Shown: positions 58,746 to 64,000 of the stretch, one piece after another
Layout of the letters: every line of letters starts with the position of its first letter
How positions within the stretch are numbered: position 1 is the stretch's first letter
NCBI GenBank assembly: GCA_900316955.1
Contig: ONEX01000001.1
Span: 630 to 64,629 of the forward strand
Length of the DNA: 64,000 nt
From: an uncultured Bacteroidales bacterium
GTDB taxonomy: Bacteria; Bacteroidota; Bacteroidia; Bacteroidales; UBA932
Reading direction: 5' to 3'
Notes under the pieces: model-generated
The model's database searches: none
The model's input: only the letters and a program-made list of their open reading frames with translations
What the model was told of the DNA's origin: nothing
Position numbers and translations under genes: made by a program

Positions 58746-58827
58746 GGCCCATCGTAAGAAACGCATAAAATACCCCCTGAAACAACACAAGTTATCAACA
58801 GCTTGCGTCGTTTCGGGGGTTTTTCGT

Positions 58828-58877
58828 GTAACTTGTGAAGAAAAACTTGCAGGAATGTCATTTATAAGTTACATTTG
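58828..58877 (+). promoter_or_regulatory. TA promoter/operator
   Basis: TACATTTG -7 box at 58870-58877 overlapped by imperfect palindrome TGTCATTTATAAGTTACA (58856-58873); extra half-site TGTAACTT at 58828. Confidence 0.5.
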
Positions 58878-58879
58878 CG

Positions 58880-59227
58880 ATGGGAAGTAAAGTGCGGCAA
58901 GTCGTTGTCTACAAGGATTGCTTTCAGTCTTTCTTTGCTCAGCAAGACAGAAAAGTACAAGACAAGATTATCAAGATTCTTGACATAATCGAGCAGTTGG
59001 AGCGGGTACCGGAATCTTATCTGAAATATCTTTCAGAAACAGATGGGCTGTATGAGATAAGGGTGCAATTGGGAAGAAGAATATTTCGGATATTTTGCTT
59101 CTTCGATGGAGAAAGAGTCGTCATTCTGCTCTGTGGCTTTCAAAAGAAGACACAGAAAACGCCTTCCAGCGAAATTCGGAAAGCGCAGAGATTGAAAAAA
59201 GAGTATTTTGAAGACAAAAACAAATAG
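58880..59227 (+). CDS. RelE/ParE-superfamily toxin (HigB/Gp49-like)
   Basis: YLKYLSETDGLYEIRV, RIFRIFCFFD, LLCGFQKKTQKTP..EIRKA. Confidence 0.9.
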   Translation: MGSKVRQVVVYKDCFQSFFAQQDRKVQDKIIKILDIIEQLERVPESYLKYLSETDGLYEIRVQLGRRIFRIFCFFDGERVVILLCGFQKKTQKTPSSEIRKAQRLKKEYFEDKNK

Positions 59228-59228
59228 A

Positions 59229-59516
59229 ATGGATATCAAAACATTAGATCAGATTAAAGATCAATTCTACGGTCCCGAAGGAACACCGGAACGGGATAGG
59301 ATCGAGAATGAGTTACAAGCGCTGCGAATCGGCCTCAAGATACGGGCGGCCCGCGAGAAGATGTGCCTGACGCAGGAAGAACTGGCCCAAAGAGTGGGCA
59401 AGAAACGCAGTTTCATTTCAAAGGTAGAGAATGACGGTGGCAATATAACATTGAAGACCTTGTACGAAATTGTCGAGCACGGCCTTGGACGAAAACTCCA
59501 CGTCGAGGTTGTTTAG
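59229..59516 (+). CDS. XRE-family HTH antitoxin (HigA-like)
   Basis: IRAAREKMCLTQEELAQRVGKKRSFISKVEN; downstream of the toxin. Confidence 0.9.
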   Translation: MDIKTLDQIKDQFYGPEGTPERDRIENELQALRIGLKIRAAREKMCLTQEELAQRVGKKRSFISKVENDGGNITLKTLYEIVEHGLGRKLHVEVV

Positions 59517-59605
59517 ACATTGATTAAACCTTCCTCAAAGAAAACCGAGTGCTCGTACAGGCCCATCGACGCAGCAGGGCAGGTCGTGGCCGGTCGCGGG
59601 CCGGT

Positions 59606-60100
59606 CTAGAAGGCGTAGACGAAGATGTAGAAGAGCATCAGGCCGGCGGCGACGAGTTTGGCGCCGGTGCCGAATAGGAAGCCCAGGAAGGCGCCGAGGG
59701 CCGATTTGATGGAGGTGGCGGTGTCCTTCTGCGCCACGACGAGCTCCGCGATGAAGGCGCCGAGGAGGGAGCCGACGATCATCCCGACGGGCGGGACGAT
59801 GAGGCCGGCGAACAGGCCGATGATGGCGCCCCAGCCGCCGGCCTTGGAGCCGCCGGTGAGTTTCGTGAAGTAGGCCGGGACTACATAGTCGAGGATGGTG
59901 ATGACGATGGTGACCGCCAGCCAGACGAGGAGGAAGGTCAGGGACATCTCGTTGCCGGCGCCGTCGGTGCCGCCGCCCCAGATATAGATGAGCAGCAGGC
60001 CCACCCAGCTCAGGGGCGGTCCGGGCAGGCCGGGAGCGATGCTTCCGACGATGCCGACAACGCCCAGCAGGAGGGCGAGTATGGCGATAAAGGTTTCCAC
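59606..60100 (-). CDS. DUF456 family membrane protein
   Basis: GSIAPGLPGPPLSWVG, KLTGGSKAG.WGAIIG, GSLLGAFIAE. Confidence 0.88.
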   Translation of the reverse strand: METFIAILALLLGVVGIVGSIAPGLPGPPLSWVGLLLIYIWGGGTDGAGNEMSLTFLLVWLAVTIVITILDYVVPAYFTKLTGGSKAGGWGAIIGLFAGLIVPPVGMIVGSLLGAFIAELVVAQKDTATSIKSALGAFLGFLFGTGAKLVAAGLMLFYIFVYAF

Positions 60101-60147
60101 TTTGCAAAAGTATTGATTATATTTGTGGGAAACAAAAACCTTACCAT

Positions 60148-61545
60148 ATGTTTGCGAAAGACGTATATGTGAACCGCCGCCGGACGCTCCTTGAGAAGAT
60201 GCGCGGAGCGGGCGAGAGCGGGGTCATCCTGCTGGTGGGCAACGCCGAAGCCCCCGCCCAGTACAAGGACAACTGCTACAAATGGCGCCAGGACAGCACC
60301 TGGCTCTACTATATGGGCCTGGACGACCCGATGTACGCCGCCATCCTGGACATCGACAGCGGCGAGGAGACCATCTATGCCGACGACGTCGAGATCGGCG
60401 ACATCATCTGGATGGGCCCGCAGCCCACGGTCGCGTCCAAGGCGGCCCTCGTGGGCGTTGCCAGCTCCGCCCCGTACGCGCAGGTGGACAAGGCCGTGAA
60501 GGCTGCCATCAAGGCCGGCCGGAAGGTCCATTACATCGCGCCTTCCCGCTACTTCAACAAGCTCCGGCTGATGGAGATGATCGGCCGCGCCCGCATCGAC
60601 CTGGGCGTCTCCGAGCCCCTGACGAAGGCCATCATCTCGATGCGCCTCATCAAGGAGCCGGTGGAGATCGCCGCCATCGACGCCGCGTGCGACCTGGGCT
60701 TCAAGATGCATTCCGTGGCCCGCGACAGCATCCGCCTCGGCATCGTCGAGCAGGACATCGTGGGCAAGATGGAAGGCGTGGCCCTCGCCGAGGGCTGGGG
60801 CGTCTCCTTCCCCACCATCCTCACCCAGCACGGCGAAACCTTGCATAACCACCTTCACGACAAGGTCATCGAACCGGGCAAGCTGATGGTCATCGACGCG
60901 GGCGTGGAGAGCAACGAGCACTACGCTTCCGACTTCACCCGCACCTATCCCACCTCCGGCAAGTTCACCCCGAAGCAGCGCGAGGTCTATCAGATCGTCT
61001 GCGACTGCAACGAGCTGGCTTTCAGCCTCGTAAAGCCTGGCATCACCTACCGGGAGGTGCACCTCGCGACCGCCCGCAAGATGCTGGAAGGCCTCTCCGC
61101 CCTCGGCCTCGTGCACGGCGACCTGGACGAGATGGTCGCCCTCGGCATCGCCGGCCTCTTCCAGCCGCACGGCCTGGGCCACAACATGGGCCTGGACGTC
61201 CACGACATGGAGGACCTGAACGAGAACTGGGTGGGCTACGATCCGGACCAGACCCGGGCAAAGCAGCTGGGCCTCGGCAGCCTCCGGATGGCCCGCCGCC
61301 TGCAGCCCGGCCACGTCATCACCGACGAGCCCGGCATCTACTTCATCCCGGCCCTCATCGGGCAGTGGAAGCGCGAAGGCACCGGCAAGGGCTTCGTGAA
61401 CTTCGACAAGCTGGAATCCTACTACGACTTCGGCGGCATCCGCCTGGAAGACGACGTCCTCGTGACGGAGAACGGCGCCCGCCGGCTCGGCGCCCAGCGC
61501 CTCCCGATCTTCCCCGACGACGTCGAAAACGCGATGGCCCGATGA
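60148..61545 (+). CDS. Xaa-Pro aminopeptidase (M24B)
   Basis: DAG..YASDFTR, PHGLGHNMGLDVHD, TDEPGIYF, GGIRLEDD. Confidence 0.93.
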   Translation: MFAKDVYVNRRRTLLEKMRGAGESGVILLVGNAEAPAQYKDNCYKWRQDSTWLYYMGLDDPMYAAILDIDSGEETIYADDVEIGDIIWMGPQPTVASKAALVGVASSAPYAQVDKAVKAAIKAGRKVHYIAPSRYFNKLRLMEMIGRARIDLGVSEPLTKAIISMRLIKEPVEIAAIDAACDLGFKMHSVARDSIRLGIVEQDIVGKMEGVALAEGWGVSFPTILTQHGETLHNHLHDKVIEPGKLMVIDAGVESNEHYASDFTRTYPTSGKFTPKQREVYQIVCDCNELAFSLVKPGITYREVHLATARKMLEGLSALGLVHGDLDEMVALGIAGLFQPHGLGHNMGLDVHDMEDLNENWVGYDPDQTRAKQLGLGSLRMARRLQPGHVITDEPGIYFIPALIGQWKREGTGKGFVNFDKLESYYDFGGIRLEDDVLVTENGARRLGAQRLPIFPDDVENAMAR

Positions 61546-62105
61546 ACCGCGAGTCCCTCTTCTCAGGCTTCCTGATCGGCCTGGGGGCCACCGGCTACCT
61601 GGCGCTCGGAGGGATTCCGGGCGCCGTGATCTTCGCGTTCGGGCTCGTGTGCGTGGTGCTGTTCGGCGTCCCGCTCTATACGGGAAAGGCCGGCGTCACG
61701 AACGACATCCCGGCCCTGGTACGGATCTGGCTCTTCAACATCATCGGCTGCGCCCTGCTGGGTCTGCTGGTGTTCTCCCTCGGCGGCGCCCCCGTGGAGC
61801 GCGCGCAGGACATGGTGGCCGGGCGCATCGCCCAGGGCCCTTGGCGCAGTTTCCTGCGGGCCGTCGGCTGCGGCCTCATCATCGACATCGCCGTCTGGCT
61901 ATACAAAAACAAGGGGTCCATCCTCCCGATCCTGTTCGGCGTCCCCTTGTTCATCGTTTGCGGCTTCTACCATTCCATCGCGGATGTGACCTACATCGTC
62001 GCCGCCTGGAAATGGAGCCCCGCGCTGCTGTGGTATTACCCGCTGATCGTGCTGGGCAACTACGTCGGATGCAACATCCGGCGCGTTACTCTGCGTACTT
62101 CTTAA
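61542..62105 (+). CDS. Formate/nitrite transporter family protein (short)
   Basis: Start MNRESLF with ATGA overlap; LYTGK, NIIG, FIVCGFYHSIAD, GNYVG. Confidence 0.75.
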   Translation: MNRESLFSGFLIGLGATGYLALGGIPGAVIFAFGLVCVVLFGVPLYTGKAGVTNDIPALVRIWLFNIIGCALLGLLVFSLGGAPVERAQDMVAGRIAQGPWRSFLRAVGCGLIIDIAVWLYKNKGSILPILFGVPLFIVCGFYHSIADVTYIVAAWKWSPALLWYYPLIVLGNYVGCNIRRVTLRTS

Positions 62106-62523
62106 GCTGGTCCATCCACTTGTTGAGTTCGTTGCCCTTCAGCCCCAGCACGCTCTGGAGGAAGTCGGACACGGCCCCCACATCCTGCTTGAGCAGATCG
62201 AGCAGGCCGCCGGCATAGGCGCCCAGGCTCCCGAGGAAGCCGATTCCCTTCTTGATGCCGTGGTCCACCAGGATGCCGTGATAGCGGCCGATGGCGGCCA
62301 TCGCCTGCTGCTTCTCGGCGATGGAATACATGCGGTAATTGTCCACATACTCCCGGAGCAGGGCCTCATACTGCCGGTTCACGCGGTCCCACTGGTACGG
62401 GCGGTAGCGGTCGGCATTGCGCTCGACGCGGTCCACGAAGCGCTCCAGCTTCGCAGGCGCCCGGAGCGTGGCGCAGCTGGCGGCGGTCAGGGCCACCAGG
62501 AGGATAACGAGATATTTACGCAT
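62086..62523 (-). CDS. Hypothetical lipoprotein
   Basis: MRKYLVILLVALTAASC lipobox; helical body. Confidence 0.7.
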   Translation of the reverse strand: MRKYLVILLVALTAASCATLRAPAKLERFVDRVERNADRYRPYQWDRVNRQYEALLREYVDNYRMYSIAEKQQAMAAIGRYHGILVDHGIKKGIGFLGSLGAYAGGLLDLLKQDVGAVSDFLQSVLGLKGNELNKWMDQLKKYAE

Positions 62524-62569
62524 AGTCATTCAGTGTTTTCAGCCAAAGATAGCAAAAAATCTGCCAAGG

Positions 62570-63796
62570 TCAGATCTCTTTTCCGCCGATGAAGACGCGG
62601 GAGACGGTGACGGTGTCGTCGAAGAGGACGATGTCGGCGTCGCAGCCGGGGGCGAGGCGGCCCTTGGCGGGGAGGCCGAGGATGCGGGCGGGGGTGGCGG
62701 TCATCATCCGGACGGCGTCCGGGATGCCGGCGGCGAGACTCGAGGCGGGGGCCGAGGCGGCGCCTGAGGCGGGGCCTGAGGCGGGGCCCGCGGCGCCCGC
62801 GATGGCGCGCGCCATCGTGCGGACGAGGCGGTCCGTCGTGGCGACGGAGCCCGCGAGGCCGCCGCGGTCCGGCCGCAGCGCCACGCCGTTCTCCACGACG
62901 AACTTCAGGCCGTTCTCCAGGCTGCCCTGGATGTATTCGCCGTCGGGCAGGCCGGTGGCGCGGATGGAGTCCGTGCAGAGGACCACGCGGTCCGGGCCCT
63001 TGAGGCGGTACACCATCCGGAGAAGGTCGTCCGGCAGGTGGACGCCGTCCGCAATTACTTCAATGTCAAAGTCTTGCAGGTAGCCGGCCTCCACGGCGCC
63101 GGCGTAGCGGCTGTAGCCGCGCTTGGTCACCGTGGACATGGCGCAGTAGAAGTGCGTCATCAGGGAATAGCCGTGGCGGAAGGCCTCTTCGCACACGGCG
63201 CAGGAGGCGTCGGTATGGGCGACGGCGGCGACGATGCCGCGGCGCTTCAACTCCTCGCCCAGCCCGAAAGCGCCCTCCACTTCGGGCGCGGCGCTGATGC
63301 GGACGATTTCGGGATAGGCCTCCAGCAGCGGAAGATAGTTCTCCGGCAGGGGAAGCTTCAGCAGCGACGCGTCCTGCGCCCCCGCCTTGGCCGGCGAGAA
63401 GAACGGCCCTTCGAAATGGATGCCCGCGAACCGGGCCCCGGAGACGTTCAGCGGCAGGGCTTCCCGGTAGGCGCGGACCGCCCGCTCGTAGTCGGGGTAG
63501 GAGGCCGTCGCCAGGGAGGGCGCCATGGTCGTCGTCCCGTGCAGGGCATGCTGCCGGGCCGGTTCCAGGTACGCCTCCACGGTTCCGTCCAGGAAATCGT
63601 GCCCCCAGCCGCCATGGACGTGCATGTCGATGAATCCCGGGGAGACGAACTGGCCCCCGGCATCGACCCGGAGCCCTTCCGGGGCCTCGGCCTCGGGGAC
63701 GATGGCGTCGATCCGGCCGTTCCGGACCACCAGCGCGAGCCCGGTCCGGACGCCTTCGGGCAGCAGGAACCGCCCGCCCGTGAATACCGTCGGCAT
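62570..63796 (-). CDS. nagA: N-acetylglucosamine-6-phosphate deacetylase
   Basis: PGFIDMHVHG, GIHFEGPF, THFYCAM, IADGVHL, VLCTDS, LAGS, TPARILG. Confidence 0.9.
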   Translation of the reverse strand: MPTVFTGGRFLLPEGVRTGLALVVRNGRIDAIVPEAEAPEGLRVDAGGQFVSPGFIDMHVHGGWGHDFLDGTVEAYLEPARQHALHGTTTMAPSLATASYPDYERAVRAYREALPLNVSGARFAGIHFEGPFFSPAKAGAQDASLLKLPLPENYLPLLEAYPEIVRISAAPEVEGAFGLGEELKRRGIVAAVAHTDASCAVCEEAFRHGYSLMTHFYCAMSTVTKRGYSRYAGAVEAGYLQDFDIEVIADGVHLPDDLLRMVYRLKGPDRVVLCTDSIRATGLPDGEYIQGSLENGLKFVVENGVALRPDRGGLAGSVATTDRLVRTMARAIAGAAGPASGPASGAASAPASSLAAGIPDAVRMMTATPARILGLPAKGRLAPGCDADIVLFDDTVTVSRVFIGGKEI

Positions 63797-64000
63797 TATT
63801 CCTTGACTTTCAGGACCTCACCCGCCTCGCGGGCGACCGTTTCCTTCCAGAGCTCGGTGTAGCCCGGCTGCTGGACCTTCGCGGGCTGACCCTGGGTGTA
63901 TTCGGAGTGCTGGAAGGAGCCGTCCTCGTTCTGCGGCTTCACGTTGCCGTCGATGAACTTGACGAGGAGCTCCTCTTCCAGGGAAACCCAGCTGTCGAAC
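63796..64000 (-). CDS. C69 family dipeptidase, C-terminal part (partial)
   Basis: Manual translation ...ELLVKFIDGNVKPQNEDGSF...QPGYTELWKETVAREAGEVLKVKE*; TAATG overlap with nagA. Confidence 0.7.
   Translation of the reverse strand, partial: FDSWVSLEEELLVKFIDGNVKPQNEDGSFQHSEYTQGQPAKVQQPGYTELWKETVAREAGEVLKVKE

Noticed and set aside
26015-63862. Very long antisense or alternate-frame ORFs (e.g. 27542-30757, 37631-40489, 42559-45141, 45772-48597)
   Set aside because: They shadow well-supported genes, have no recognisable motifs, and are expected from strong G/C-ending codon bias

Overview
This window is from a GC-rich Bacteroidales chromosome, inferred from the SusC/SusD pairs and TAnnTTTG -7 promoters. 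It has three parts. (1) 1-11 kb: a TolC/HlyD/ABC-2 efflux operon with a divergent AraC regulator, an M49-like lipoprotein, and an AspT/YidE transporter with a divergent LysR. (2) 11-23.6 kb: a visibly less GC-rich accessory region downstream of a minus-strand tRNA-Gly(GCC). The tRNA 3' end plus its terminator recurs twice more (17016, 12809), dividing the region into about three tandem, integrase-less cargo islets. Two of the islets start with the same ~380-bp TGTACA-rich module. One islet holds two divergent signal-peptide ORFs that both end C-x-L-R-L-stop (codons CGG CTA TAG), each followed by a hairpin and an ion transporter. This is a candidate leader/arrest-peptide regulatory system. (3) 23.7-64 kb: a vWA lipoprotein, OmpA, and a ~33-kb glycoprotein-foraging cluster with three SusC/SusD pairs. 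The cluster comprises a GH18 N-glycan PUL, an M64-peptidase PUL and a ROK-linked sialic acid operon with no sialidase in view. It is followed by a HigBA-like TA pair, aminopeptidase P, an FNT-like gene, nagA and a partial C69 dipeptidase. A REP-like repeat occurs both between genes and in frame inside two genes. No CRISPR array, rRNA, transposase or integrase was seen. All protein assignments come from motif recognition by eye, not database searches.
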